A DNA stretch of 64,000 nucleotides from Chiloscyllium plagiosum (lineage: Eukaryota), in contig NC_057749.1 in NCBI RefSeq assembly GCF_004010195.1, forward strand, positions 14,539,429-14,603,428. The letters run 5' to 3'. A model generated the notes under the pieces. That model saw only the letters and a list, made by a program, of their open reading frames with translations. It had not been told where the DNA came from and ran no database searches. The translations under genes and the position numbers were made by a program. The first letter of the stretch is position 1; each line of letters begins with the position of its first letter. This document shows, one piece after another, positions 50,811-64,000 of this stretch.

Positions 50811-52744
50811 CCAACCAATCAGCACCCTTTCCTCGAGTGGTATAAATTGTTGTTCCCTCTAAAATTTGATATTCCTGCGCCTGTCCTGATGAGGAACAGA
50901 TGCAAAGCTTCATTCGCACATTTCCTTTTGCAGCAATGCTCAAGTGTCTCTGGCTTGATCGTTTCAGCAATGGCTCAGAGGGATGCACTCTTGTTTCTGA
51001 GTCAGAAGTTCATGATTTCAAATTGAAGACTTGAGTATACAATTCAGGCTGAGACTTTCAGTGTATCAGGTGCAGTTTTTGAATGAGATGACAATCCACC
51101 CGCTATCCTGGGTGCAAGCAAAATATTGCATAGTATAAGTTCTTCTGGTGACCTATCTAGCATTTATCCCTCAGCCAGCTTCTAAAACAGATGACCTTGC
51201 TGTTACTTTCAGTTCTAGTTCTGGGAACCTGCTACGTGCAAATTGGCTGCTGCCTTTCCCTACCTAAAAACAATGATTACATCTCAAAGTACTTAACTGG
51301 CCATGAAGAGCTTTGGCATGTCCTTAAATTGTGAGAAGCATTATTTAAAGACAAGTCCTTTCTTTTTGACAGCTGCTTGTAAATCAGCTCCAAGAAAATC
51401 CAACAGAAATGACTGACATTCTCAATTTTAATGCCTCTGGTAAGTGTGTCTAGGAATTTTATGTGCAACAAGGTATGATACCTGAAGTGTGACTGATGCA
51501 TTTCAAGACTCATACATGATCAGATCTATCATGATGTGATTTTTTTTTATGAGAAAGGGACATTACAGGCGTGCAATGCAGTATGTCAGTCTGTGAAGGT
51601 ATAGACTGTAACATCTAGTTAAGTAAACTGTGCATGAGTTAATTCAAGGAGAAATAAGAGGTTGCAGACAATCAGACTCCACTATCCTGCATTTCCATCC
51701 AGTTATTTTGATTATTTATACACTGAGAGACAGCAGTGAGAACAGAAAGGCTAGAAACACCAGTTTTTATAAAATCTATTCTTTTTGTCTTAGATATATT
51801 TGTTTGAGAGAGTCTCCTTGTTCTGAACACATCTGTGAATCCAGCTGTGTAATTGATATCTGGGTTGGCTAGAATCTTCAGTTGCTCATGTCTAGACAAA
51901 CAGCAATTAGTAATATTTAGCATGACATGTACTGCAAATTTTCTTTGACATTTGTGCATTAGTATACGTTTGAGGCCTGAATCCACAAGGGCTGAATACA
52001 GTTATGTTTTGTATCTCATTTTTCCTAATGTCTAATGACATGATTTGACTAGGGAAAGTTTAAACTTATTAAGCCCAACAAAGTACCCAAAATGCAAACC
52101 ACTGCTGGCTCAAATTAACTCTTCATAAGCGAATGTTACCTACCAAAATTCACCAGTAGTTCAGAGTAAAGGAAACAAGGACCATAACAACAAAATTTGA
52201 TTTAATCAAATGACATAACCACTTTATATAGTTGTTTTAGATTTTGATTACGTCCAAGAGAATTTAATGATGCTTTAATGGAATAGGCGATTTTTCAAAC
52301 TATTTTCCAATCATTTTGTCTTGTCCTCTATCTAAGGCACTGCATCCCACTGGGGTACATATGGACAGTATATGCCCTTTCCCACCTAGCCAGAACATTA
52401 TAAGACCATTGACTTATGGAATGCTTCATGTAAAAGCCTAATCCTGTTTTCACTGCAATCTCGCATATATTTTCAACTTCATCCACTTTCCTGGAGAGAG
52501 ATTGGGACCAGGAATCATTTTCTCAGTTCAAGAGTACAGAGATCCATTAAAATATTGTTAACCACAACACCATTGGAGAACATGCTCAGTGCTCAAACTG
52601 GAAATGGATGCTGTGATAATCTGGCTGATATTGTGGGTCTATTCAAGTCAGGATAGAGAGTTCTCCTTTTGTCCTGGTCAGATTTCCTTTCTTAACCAAA
52701 ACCATCAAATGCCGTAACTATTCATGTGCCAAGGAAACGGGAGG

Positions 52745-53063
52745 AACAGTGGCTCAGTGTTTGACACTGCTGCCTAACCTGGGTTCGATTTCAGCTTCAG
52801 GTGACTGCCTATGTGGAGTTGGCACAGTCTCCCCATGTCTGCGTGGGTTTTCCCCGGGTGCTCCGGTTTCCTCCCACAGTCTAGAGATGTGCATGTTAGG
52901 GTGGATTGGCCACGCCCAGTTGCCCATAGTGTCCAGGGATATGTAGGTTAGGTAAATTAGCCATGGTAATTGCTAGGCTCTGGGATATGGTGGGATGCTG
53001 TTTGGGGTGTAAGTGCAGACTCAATGGGCTGAAAGACCTCTTTCTGCATTGTAGGGATTCTAT
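52745..53063 (+). mobile_element. HE1/V-SINE
   Basis: V-domain and CR1-like tail. Confidence 0.75.
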
Positions 53064-53744
53064 GAGGCAGCAGGTCATGAGTTTGAGATTCACTCCACAG
53101 TCATGAGGACAAAGTTCAGGCTGATACTTCTGGTGCAGTGTTGACTGAGTAGCAGAGGTGCTGGCTTTCAGTTAAGCTGTTTTACCAAGGCCTTGCCTAT
53201 CTCCCTCAGGTGGATGGAAATGATCCAGTGGTGCCATTTCGAACAAGCTCAGGGAAATTGTCAGCAGTGTGCAGATTAATGTAATTAAAAGGAAACAGAT
53301 TGTCTGATCCTGATCTCATTGCTGTTCATTGGAACTTGCAATTTTCAAATCGGTTACATTATTCGCTATGTTACAACAGCGATTACACTTTGGAAGAACT
53401 TCAGTGGTTGTAAACTCTTTGATATATTCCTAGGCTGTGAAAGGCAATGTATAAAAGCCAGCTTTTTTCAAAAAAATACAGTGTTGCCTGTGGAAACTAT
53501 TCATAGGATCCCTATAGTGTGGAAACAGGCCGTTGGCCCAACAAGTCCACACTGACTCTCTGAAGAGTAACCCAACCAGACCATTCCCCTACCCTAATAC
53601 TCTATATTTCCCCTGACTAATGCACCTAACCTACACACCCCTGAACACTATTTTATTCTAACTTTCAGTATTTAAATTACAGCCCTATTTGTCAGCATGT
53701 GAATACTGCCCTTTTGAATAAAATATACAAAGTGCCTTGCAATT

Positions 53745-54300
53745 TGAAAGGACTGTGTGAATGTGGAAAATTAGGTGTACTTTCAGAAGCAAAAATTGGA
53801 GGCAAGAGCATAACAAACTTACAAATACCATCGACACAATGCTACTTGTAGAATCAGAAAGAGTCCCAAACAATATTGTAGATCAAATAAATTCTAGAAG
53901 TTTAACATATGATTTGAGAATGAACACCAGACAGACAAAAACGATGGCAGTCATAAGAAGTATGCTGGAAGAAAGTAAAGTGAATTTTGAAGTGGATGGT
54001 GTCACATCGTGATACGTTTGTCTTTTTAAGACAATTGATAACTGAAGGTAGCAGGTGTGATGCAGGAGTCATTAGAAAGATGGTAATGGCCAGAATTAAT
54101 GTTGTGAAGGTGAAGGATGTGTGAACAACAAGAAAACTGAAACAAGTTATGAGGAAAAGGACTCAGAAGATGCTACATTCTATCCACTTCCCAGTCTGCC
54201 TAAGAAACCTGGATAATAAGTTAAAGACTGTGCAAGAATACAGAGGCCTTTGTAATGTGGTTGGTAAGCCAGATGTTAGAAAATGCAAGCAAAAAGAACT
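53745..54300 (+). mobile_element. RTE-clade LINE RT fossil
   Basis: DTMLLVESE..LRMNTRQTKTM..VDGVT..LITEGSRCD..RKMVMAR..CYILST..ETWII with stops and frameshifts. Confidence 0.6.
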
Positions 54301-55037
54301 TTTAAAAGGCTATATTCAGCAAAGATAGTGTCGGTATTTCATCAGAGCTGTAAAGCTATAGAAATCTCTTCTGTAGGAAGAGGGGTCAATCAAAGTGTTA
54401 TTGGATGACGGTGTCTCGGAGCGGTTTCAGGTGAGTTGCAGTGGGTATGTGGGTGATAGCAGATGGGAATGGCATGCAATGACAGTAGGTCTCTTGGTAG
54501 GAATAGCTACAAGCAGTGACAATCTTTGAGAGTAAGTGAAAATAGAAATTACCAGAGAAACTCAGCAGGTCTGGCAGCATCTGTGGAGAGAAAGCAGAGT
54601 CAATGTTTCATGTTCTGGTGACTCTTGTCCCGGACTTGTAAAGTTGTCTGTTTTTTCTGACAGACGCTGCCAGACCTGCTGAGTTTCTCCAGCAATTTCT
54701 ATTTTGGTTTCAGATTTCCAGCATCTGCAGTTCTTTGCTTTTGATACTAACACACATTCATTCTTTCTGATTTATTTTTAGACCATCCCAAAACATTAGA
54801 ATTTACAATGGGAAGACTTGGGAATTTAAAAAAAACATAGAAATCAGCAATGTCTAATCCATTCTCAAAGACTTTCCTTGACATTTCCAAAACAGCAACG
54901 TTTATGAACAGGTTGTATTATAGAATTGATCTTCATTTGCTTGAACCTTGTTCTCTTGACTCTTGTTTCCTGTACTCTGAGTTCTTGGCAATGCATGGGG
55001 TAGTTAGTGTCACCAGATCCTAGTTGCTCCTTTCTAT

Positions 55038-55852
55038 TAGAACATAAAAGAAATAGGAACAGGAGTATGTCATCTGGCCCCTCCAGCTTGCTCAGCCACT
55101 CAATAAGATCCTGGGTGATCTTTTCATGGACTCAACTCCATTTACCTGCCTGCTTACCGTAACCTTAATTCCTTTACTGTTCAAAAATCTGTCTTTGCCT
55201 TAAAAACATTCAATGAGGTGGCCTCAACTGCTTCACTGGGCGGGGAATTCCACAGATTCACAACCCTTTGGGTGAAGAAGTTCCTCATCAACTCAGTCCT
55301 AATTTTGCTCCCCGTTAATTAGAGACTATGCCCGCTAGTTCTAGTTTCACCTGCCAGTGGAAACAATGTACCCGCTTCTATCTTATATATTTCCTTCATA
55401 ATTTTGTTTGTTTCCTTAAGATCCCCTCTCACTCGTCTAAATTCCAATGAGTATCTCTCCTCATAAGCCAACTCTCTCAACTCCATAATTAATGGTGATT
55501 ATGTTGAGTTTATTGAAATGTACAAGATTCTGAGGGGGCTTGACAGGGTGAATGTGGACAAGATGCCTCCACCAGTGTGGAAATCTTGAACTTGGGGATA
55601 CAGAATAAGGGAACTCTCATTTCAAGTGGAGTTGTGAAGGAATTTCTTCTCTCAGAAGGTAGTGAATTTCTGGAATTGTCTTCCTCAGGGAGTTGTGGTG
55701 GCTAGATCACTGGAGGTAGATGGACTTTTGAGCTAGCAGGGAGCTATGGGTAATGTGGAACTGGCATGAAAGAGGAATTGAGATCTTGGGCAGATCAGCC
55801 TTTACCTTATCGAATGATGGACAGCCTTGAGTAGCTTACTCATGGTCCTATT
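55038..55852. mobile_element. Two back-to-back CR1 3' fragments (- then +)
   Basis: agaacataaaagaaataggaacaggag tail on - and ggaatttcttctctcagaaggtagtgaat on +. Confidence 0.65.
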
Positions 55853-56472
55853 TCGATTTGGTTTATTGTAGTCATACATACCAAAGCTTGGTTTTGTGAG
55901 CAGTACAGGCAGATCATAGCAAATAGGGACGCACAGATCATTGGGTGCTTAGGCAGAGTGAGGCAGACAGGTTACACTGCACAGGAGGTACATGAAGCAA
56001 GATCAACATTAAATGAAGTGAGACAGGTCCATTCATCAGTCTAATAACAGCAGGGAAGAAGCTGTTCCTGAACCTGTTGGTGTATGTGTTCAAACTTCTG
56101 TATCTTCTGTCTAACGGAAGAGAGCATTACTGGGTGGGAGGGGTCTTTAATGATGTTGGCAAGAAGAAGTGTAAATGGAGTCCATGGATGTGAGGTTGGC
56201 TTCTGCGATGGCCTGGGCTGTGCACACAATTTTCTGTAGTTTCTTACGGTCCTGGACAGAGCCGTGCGAGGCTGTTATGCACCCAAACAGAATGCTAAAG
56301 TTTGGTGAGGGTCCTTATGGACATACCGAATTTCCTGAGCCACCTGAGGAAGAAAAGGCATGGTTGTACCTTCTTGACTGGCGTATCTACGTGGGAAATC
56401 CAGGAACTTATTAATGTCTAATAGGGTTAGATTGAGACATCAGACTGACAAAACAATTTTGCAGTGTTTCTG

Positions 56473-56478
56473 TTTATT
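56473..56478 (-). other. Candidate CHRNB4 polyadenylation signal (AATAAA on -)
   Basis: TTTATT on + about 460 nt past the stop; ATTAAA alternative at 56776-56781. Confidence 0.35.
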
Positions 56479-56608
56479 TAGAACAGTGTAGCTCTCAAAA
56501 ATTAAAGCAAAAATTTACAAAGTTACATTTAAAATTATTTTGTATCAAACCAAAGCTTTGCATGGCTATTAAAAGTTGGTATTAAGACAAAGTTAGCTTA
56601 CAATTGAT

Positions 56609-56766
56609 ATGAGGAGAAAGTGAGGACTGCAGTTCCTGGAGATCAGAGTCAAGAGTGTGGTGCTGGCAAAGCACAGCAGGTCAGGAAGGGCTTCTGCCAG
56701 AAACGTCGATTCTCCTCCTCAGATGCTGCCAGACCAGCTGTGCTTTTCCAGCACCACACTCTAGAC
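56609..56766. mobile_element. Penelope-derived palindrome in the putative CHRNB4 3' UTR
   Basis: inverted arms gtgtggtgctggcaaagcacagc/gctgtgcttttccagcaccacac; GAAACGTC; 10-bp duplication TACAATTGAT. Confidence 0.7.
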
Positions 56767-56940
56767 TACAATTGATTTAATAATGCCTCTTAATAGTACA
56801 GACATTTTGCAGATAAAGGGAGAGCATTTGAATCACGTGCATCACTTTGGGGTGGTTCCCCTTCCTTCTGCAAACAGTCGTTGTTTAAAAAGCTCCGTGC
56901 ACAATGCAAATTTATGTACACTGCTGAGATCCACTGAAGC

Positions 56941-57069
56941 TCAATGTTTTTGTGACTGACAAAATGGCTGCAGAAACAATCCAACTGTTCCCACAACACA
57001 CAGCACAATAAAAATCCAGAGGAACAGGCGATCAACCACCATGGCCACATATTTCCAGTCTTCAGTCAC
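56941..57069 (-). CDS. CHRNB4: nAChR beta4-type last coding exon (M4, TGA stop); rest of gene beyond the window
   Basis: ttccag|[57 protein letters not shown] is beta4-like; tandem upstream of alpha3 as in the canonical cluster. Confidence 0.85.
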   Translation of the reverse strand: MTEDWKYVAMVVDRLFLWIFIVLCVVGTVGLFLQPFCQSQKH

Positions 57070-57781
57070 CTGGAAGAGAAAATATTCAATGCATTTTTAT
57101 TTATACAGCAGGGGTTACACAAGGCTCCTTTCTCCTCAAACAATCCAAGCTTCATAAACGTTCTGAGACTTCACACTGTATCAAACATCTCATGTTGTTC
57201 AGTTTTTGTTTGCTTCTCTCGAATCTCACTTTTCCCAGCTGGCTGGGCAAATGTCTTGCTCTGCAGTTGCAATTACTTTTTATAGGCAAGGTTTCTTAAA
57301 GGGTCATATCCGTACTGGCTCATGGGTGATGTACCAGCCCTCAACCACCCTGTCATTGTCTAACGCTGTTCCCCTCCTCTCCCGAATGGTTAGTGTGCAG
57401 TCCCACTGGGTGCGGGCATCTCAGGTCACTCACCTCAGGTGCCAACCATCATGTGCAATTCTGCCTAGGCACTACTTGTTGGTGTAACTGCCCACAATCC
57501 TGGCAAACCTGTATTTGTGCATTGCACCAAAGGGCAAATGAACAAAGATCAGGGATGGGAACAGTGCCTGATTTTCTTTCCTTTCACAGTCCATTCTAAC
57601 CCATTGTGCTTTGTGCTCACTCTTAGAAGAAGCTAGCCCATTAGTCCCAATCTCTTGCTTTTTATCCAATGCACTGTATTTTCAAGTATGTACTAAGTAT
57701 TTATGAAAATTATTATTGCTTCTCACTTGCTCACGAGACAGCACATTCCCAGAAGAATAATTCTTTGCATTTTTTATGTAT

Positions 57782-58182
57782 GGCAGGGTGGCTCAATGGT
57801 TAGCACTGCTGCCTCACAGCGTCAGGGACCTAGGTTCAATTCCAGCCTCGGGCGACTGTCTGTGTGGAGTTTGTACATTCTCCCCATGTCTGTGTGGAGT
57901 TTGTACATTCTCCCCATGTCTGTGTGGAGTTTGTACATTCTCCCCATGTCTGCGTGGGTTTCCTCCGGGTGCTCCGGTTTCCTCCCATGGTTCAAAATTG
58001 CGCAAGTCCAAAGGTGGGTTGGCCATGCTAAATTACCCATAGTGTTCAGGATTGTTTAGGTTGGTTATGTTAGCCATGGGGAATGCAGAGTTATGGGGAT
58101 GCGTCTGGGTAGGATGCCCGTTGGAGTTGGTGTGGACTTGTTGGGCCGAATGGCCTGTATCCACACTGCATGGATTCTATGA
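57782..58182 (+). mobile_element. HE1/V-SINE with an internal 30-bp triplication (57857-57946)
   Basis: tgtctgtgtggagtttgtacattctcccca x3. Confidence 0.85.
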
Positions 58183-58872
58183 TAATCTCATTACCACAAC
58201 TCACTGCATTAAAAAAACTCATTCTCTCTCCATCTGATTGTTAATTTCCTTTAACCTGTGCCCTAATCTTTCTACATGTAGTGTCAGTACAAAGCTAGTT
58301 ACAGCATTCTGACTGTCTCAAACAGAGCAGCAACTGAGCCTTGGATCTTCTGGACTATAAAGCTGAGCACTGTCCATTTCCAAACTAAGTTATTGCCAGA
58401 CCTCACCTCTGTGTGTAGTAAAAATTCTGTTTCCTTGAAGCTTTGACTTCAAAGTATATATTTTGTTTTCTCACTCTGATGGTTTTCTGGCCTATTTATG
58501 CAGAGTTTAATATTTGTTTAGTGCTGTCTGACAACCCCTCTGGGAAATCTCAACTCACTGACTCCTGTAATCTTGAAACTCTCTGCTGGTTTTCAATTTG
58601 AATCTGTGAGCCTAGCCTCTGGCAAAGACTCCCGACAGAGTCAGAGGCAGAACCACCATTCATCAGACCCAGCCATTAGTTCACCCAAACCCATCTATGA
58701 AAACAAATGGATTTGCATTATGTAGCTCATTTCATGTCTGCAGGGCAAGAATTAGGTTTGTACTCTGTCTAAGTCATCTTTAAAAACATACTTGTTTATT
58801 TTTGGTGCAACTTATGCTCAGAAGAAAAAGCAATATTCCTCGATGACTTTTCTCACTCTGTATCAAGTATTT

Positions 58873-60870
58873 ATAGAGTCATAGAGATGTACAGCAAGGA
58901 ATTAGACCCTTTGGTGCCAACCAGACAATCTAAATTAATCTAGTCTCATTTGTCAGCATTTGGCCCATATCACTCGAAACCCTTCCTATTCATATACCCA
59001 TCCAGATTGCTTTTAAATATTATAATTGTACCAGCCTCCACCACTTCCTCTGGCAGCTCGTTCCATGTTCTGCCCTAAAACATTGCCCCTTAGGTCTATT
59101 TTATATCTTTCCCCTCGCACCTTAAACCAATGGTCTCTAATTTTGGACTTCTCTACTCTGGGAAAAAGACCTTGGCTATTCATCCTATCCATGCACCTCA
59201 TGATTTCATAAATCTCTATAAGGTCACTCCTCAGCCTCTGATGCTCCAGGAAAAATAACCCCAGCCTTTTCATCCTCTCCCTATAGCTCACCCTCCAGCC
59301 CTTGACCCTTTCAAGTTTAACAACATCTTTTCTATAGCAGGGAGACCGGAACTGAATGCAATATTTCAAACAAAAACAGAAGTGCTGGGAAAGCTCAGCA
59401 GGTCTGTGAAGAGAAATCAAAGTTAACATTTTGGGTCCGGTAACCCTCCTTCAGATGCTTCCAGACCTGCTGAGCTTTTCCAGCAACTTCTGTTTTTCTT
59501 TCTGATTTACAGCATCTGAGGCATTTTCGGTTTTTATGCAGTACAGTATTCCAAAAGTGGCCTAACTATTTCTAGGCTAACTGAAGCACAGGTGAGGTGC
59601 TGGAAGACAGGAGGTTGGCAAACGTGGTGCCACTGTTTAAGAAGGGCAGTAAAGACAGGCCAGGGCACTATAGACCGGTGAGTCTGACCTCGGTGGTGGG
59701 CAAGTTGTTTGAAGGAATCCTGAGGGACAGGATGTACATGTATTTGGAAAGGCAAGGACTGATTCGGGATAGCCAACATGGCTTTGTGCGTGGGAAATCA
59801 TGTCTCACAAACTTGATTGAGTTTTTTGAAGATGTAACAAAGAGGATTGATGAGGCAGAGCAGTAGATGTGATCTATATGCACATCAGTAAGGCGTTCGA
59901 CAAGGTTCAAGTTCGACAAGGTTCCCCATGGGAGACTGATTAGCAAGGTTAGATCTCATGGAATACAGGGAGAACTAGCCACTTGGGTACAGAACTGCTC
60001 AAAGGTAGAAGACAGAGGGTGGTGGTGGAGGGTTGTTTTTCAGACTGGAGGCTGTGACCAGTGGAGTGCCACAAGGATCGGTGCTGGGCCTTCTACTTTT
60101 TGTCATTTACATAAATGATTTGGATATGAGCATAAGAGGTACAGTTAGTAAGTTTGCAGATGACACCAAAATTGGAGGTGTAGTGGACAGCGAAGAGAGT
60201 TACCTCCGATTACAACAGGATCTGGACAAGATGGGCCAATGGGCTGAGAAGTGGCAGATGGAGTTTAATTCAGATAAATGCTGCATTTTGGGAAAGCAAA
60301 TCTTAGCAGGACTTATACACTTAATGGTAAGGTCCTAGGGAGTGTTGNNNNNNNNNNNNNNNNNNNNNNNNNNNNNNNNNNNNNNNNNNNNNNNNNNNNN
60401 NNNNNNNNNNNNNNNNNNNNNNNNNNNNNNNNNNNNNNNNNNNNNNNNNNNNNNNNNNNNNNNNNNNNNNNNNNNNNNNNNNNNNNNNNGGGTGACCTTA
60501 TAGAGGTTTACAAAATTATGAGGGGCATAGATAGGATAAATAGACAAAGTCTTTTCCCTGGGGTCAGGGAGTTCAGAACTAGAGGGCATAAGTTTAGGGT
60601 GAGAGGAGAAAGATATAAAAGAGACCTAGGGGGCAACTTTTACACGCAGAGGGAGGTACGTATATGGAATGAGCTGCCAGAGGATGTGGTGGAGGCTGGT
60701 ACAATTGCAACATTTAAGAGGCATTTGGATGGGTGTCTGAATAGGAAGGGTTTGGAGGGATATGGGCCGGGTGCTGGCAGGTGGGACTAGATTGGGTTGG
60801 GATATCTGGTTGGCATGGACAGGTTGGACCGAAGGGTCTGTCTCCATGCTGTACATCTCTATGACTCTAT
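58873..60870. mobile_element. CR1 (-, about 58873-59566, with a Penelope-derived palindrome at about 59367-59535) abutting a young CR1 (+, about 59580-60870)
   Basis: VPLFKKG..YRPVSLTS, QHGFVRGKSCLTNL, SGVPQGSVLG, KFADDTK motifs. Confidence 0.88.
60348..60489. other. Assembly gap (N run) inside CR1
   Basis: Ns. Confidence 0.99.
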
Positions 60871-63287
60871 GAAGCATAGTTAAAGTTCTCATTACTACTC
60901 TCCAACAATTCAGCCCCAATTTCAGACAGACTTTCCAAAGTAGCATGTTGATATCCTCGCATTTCTGCTATCAACCATCATTTGGCATCTCTGCATGAAA
61001 ATTTACATCAAAACTGGTTGTTTAGTAACTATGGATACTGCTATATTGGGGTGTGGTTATTGAAAAGAAGACAGCTCATTAATTACCCAATCATGCACAA
61101 TTTCTTTAAGTAAATATTTGGGAATAATCTTATGTCTTTCATTGTTGGACACACTCAAAGGAGATGTGTATTATCTGAAAGATGGTTCTTCTCCCAGTTC
61201 TCGCTTCCAATCTCTCTCTCTCTCTCTCTCCATGCACCTTTATGAAGGGTCTGGATCTCATTGCCTGAAAGGGTGGTAACGGCAGGAATCCTCAGCTCAT
61301 TGCTAAGGCATTTAGATATGTACCCCAAAGTCCCATAACCTCCAGGGATATGGACCAACTGCTGGAAAACGATATTAGGCCAGGTAGCTTGTTTTCTAGC
61401 TCACGCAGATGTAATGGGAGAGTGGGAACCTTCTATGCCCTAAATGTTTGCCACTCTTCCTATATATGAGTCAAAGGAAAAACACGATGGGGCGAGAATG
61501 GAGCTCCTTTGGAGAGTCATCACACACACAATTGGTTAAATGTGCTTTTGTGCTGTAATGATTCAAAGTTATTCTGTTGATAATTCTGCAAACAATATCT
61601 TTGGGTCTGTCTTCTTCCCCAAATATTGTGTTACTTATGCTCATTGCTCATTCCTGCATCCTTTCTGCATTGCTCTTTTTCCTACATCACCTGTCCCACT
61701 CGTTCTGAAGAAGAGTTGTACCGCACTCTAAATGTAACTCTGTTTGTCTCTCACATGAGCTGCTAGACCTGCAGAGTTTCTCCAGGACTCTGTATTTGCC
61801 TCATATCCTGGCTCCCTTCAGTCTTCCTGCTGCAGTTGTACTAACCCAGGCAAGATATGACTTAATTTTTACAATCTTTCCATGCTGTAAAACTCTATGA
61901 CTATGACAGCACCTACCCAGCAAGCTGCAACAAACAACATTGTGATAATGATCACATGATCTGTTTTAGGAATGTTGGTTAAGGGAGGGTGAACTTCCCG
62001 CTCCTTTCAACACCACAATTTTTCATGAACAGATGAGGTAGTTCAGTATCTCATCAAAAGACAGCACCTCCAACAGGGCAGCATTGAGACAATCAACTTT
62101 GTGCTTTGAGTCTGATGTGGGACTTGAACTCATAACCTTTTAACACAGCATACTGTGAGGGGTGGCACTGGCTGTCCCATGTCAACCCCTCCATACAATC
62201 AAAGTGAATGTCGTGCTTTTGTGTGAGTAAAAATTCTGCATTTATAATTATGAATTTATTTTACATGAAAAGAAGAAAATCACAATATTGCTTGTACATT
62301 CTCATTTGTTCGATGCTTTCCCAAGGACATGTAGTGGAAAAAATGTATGCTATAATGTGGTGTAATCCTGGGTGTTCCTGCTGAAACAAAATAATGTGAT
62401 TACAAACGCAATTAGCAATCACTACGGTACAGTGGGTTGGGTGAAATTACATTTCTTGATATACTTTACTTATTTGTAGTTTTCGAATCATTGTGTATTG
62501 ATATAAATTAGAAAACTTGTTTAAACAGAATGAGGAATAGTCAACAGGTAGTACACAATGTGATTACTGTTGAAATTGGCAGGGGGTGGGGGGTTGCCGC
62601 TTTTGCTGGATGGTTGGTTTGCAAAACAGTGTGATGCTGATAGTGTGGCTCCAATTCCACACAACCAGCTGAGGTTACCTCAGCTTTCCTCAACCTCTCT
62701 CCGCTCACCTGAGGTATGGTGGCCCTCAGATTAAATCACCACGAGACGTCTTTCTCTAATGACAGAGCAGTCCTGTGGTCTGGTAAGACTGTGGTGACAC
62801 TTTACCAATAATGCTGAAAATAATTGCACATTTTGTTGAAGCATCCCCCTTGCACTCAGGACAATTTACAAGAATACCAATGTGAGGGGAATTATTTTGA
62901 TTTTCCATGTTTGAAGGCTGAAAGGAACTGTGCATCCCAGACCAATTTATCTCTGGAGGCAGCAGAATCAAACTGTCTTCTGTCTAGGGTTGAATTCCCT
63001 CATTCCCTCAGCCTTTAAAACCAGTCTGTCTGTCTTGGGTTACCCTTCTACGCTGACACTTCTTGTCACTCAGAGCTGTTGCCTCATTGTCAATGCTGAT
63101 CAAGCAGCTCAACAATATTGAAAGTGTTGGAAGCAGTACCTGGATTGCAAAAGCTTTGTTGGTTCAGTTTGCTGGGAGAGCCAGCAGTCCTTTTAGGTAA
63201 AAACAATGACTGCAGAGTCTGGAGTAGAGTGGTGCTGGAAAAGCACAGCAGTTCAGGCAGCATCCGAGGAGCAGTAAAATCGACATT

Positions 63288-63657
63288 NNNNNNNNNNNNN
63301 NNNNNNNNNNNNNNNNNNNNNNNNNNNNNNNNNNNNNNNNNNNNNNNNNNNNNNNNNNNNNNNNNNNNNNNNNNNNNNNNNNNNNNNNNNNNNNNNNNNN
63401 NNNNNNNNNNNNNNNNNNNNNNNNNNNNNNNNNNNNNNNNNNNNNNNNNNNNNNNNNNNNNNNNNNNNNNNNNNNNNNNNNNNNNNNNNNNNNNNNNNNN
63501 NNNNNNNNNNNNNNNNNNNNNNNNNNNNNNNNNNNNNNNNNNNNNNNNNNNNNNNNNNNNNNNNNNNNNNNNNNNNNNNNNNNNNNNNNNNNNNNNNNNN
63601 NNNNNNNNNNNNNNNNNNNNNNNNNNNNNNNNNNNNNNNNNNNNNNNNNNNNNNNNN
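63288..63657. other. Assembly gap (N run) inside a Penelope-derived element (about 63200-63745)
   Basis: Ns; left flank matches the 33576 element. Confidence 0.95.
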
Positions 63658-64000
63658 CCCCACCCTCCTCCCTGACCTATCACCTTCATCCCCACCCCCA
63701 CTCACCTATTGTACTCTATGCTACTTTCTCCCCACCCCCACTCTACTCCAGCAGTCCTTTTAGCCTGGCCTGGCAGAGTCTAATGACTAAAACTGTTTGG
63801 TGAAGAGAGATTGAGAGAGGGAGTGCCATTTTGCTACAAGAGAACATTATAGACCGAATCTTTTCAAGGAGAGAAGAGGAAGAGGAACAACTACATCAAC
63901 AACAGCTCAGGATCTTTGTTTGAAAAACTCTAGAGTGCTGGTACTCAGGAGCCCATTATTATACAGATCAGGCACAGGACTAGGGTGGCAGTGGGTGATA

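Noticed and set aside
63090..63705. 150-203-aa ORFs
   Set aside because: Artefacts of the N gap.

Overview
Eukaryotic, intron-rich, repeat-dense vertebrate DNA. The repeat complement (HE1/V-SINE-type SINEs, CR1/HER1-type LINEs, SacSINE1-like SINEs, Penelope-derived palindromes) points to a shark or other elasmobranch (inference). Three spliced protein-coding genes were reconstructed by hand. (1) The 3' nine coding exons of UBL7 on + (345-11562). (2) A complete six-exon neuronal nicotinic acetylcholine receptor alpha3-type gene on - (45279-18567; 1494-nt intact CDS, 497 aa). (3) The last coding exon of a beta4-type nAChR gene on - (57069-56941). The order is UBL7-> <-CHRNA3 <-CHRNB4. No CHRNA5 is seen where the canonical A5/A3/B4 cluster places it, and the alpha3 carries substitutions at normally conserved positions, so this may be a divergent duplicated alpha3/beta4 pair. 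Introns and intergenic DNA hold decayed LINEs (CR1, L2-like, Rex1/Babar, RTE-like), several SINE families, a solo LTR, Penelope-derived hairpins with hammerhead-ribozyme remnants, a long unexplained palindrome and an E-box/ETS-motif minisatellite. There are two assembly gaps. Repeat boundaries are approximate, and protein comparisons are from recalled family sequences, not database searches.
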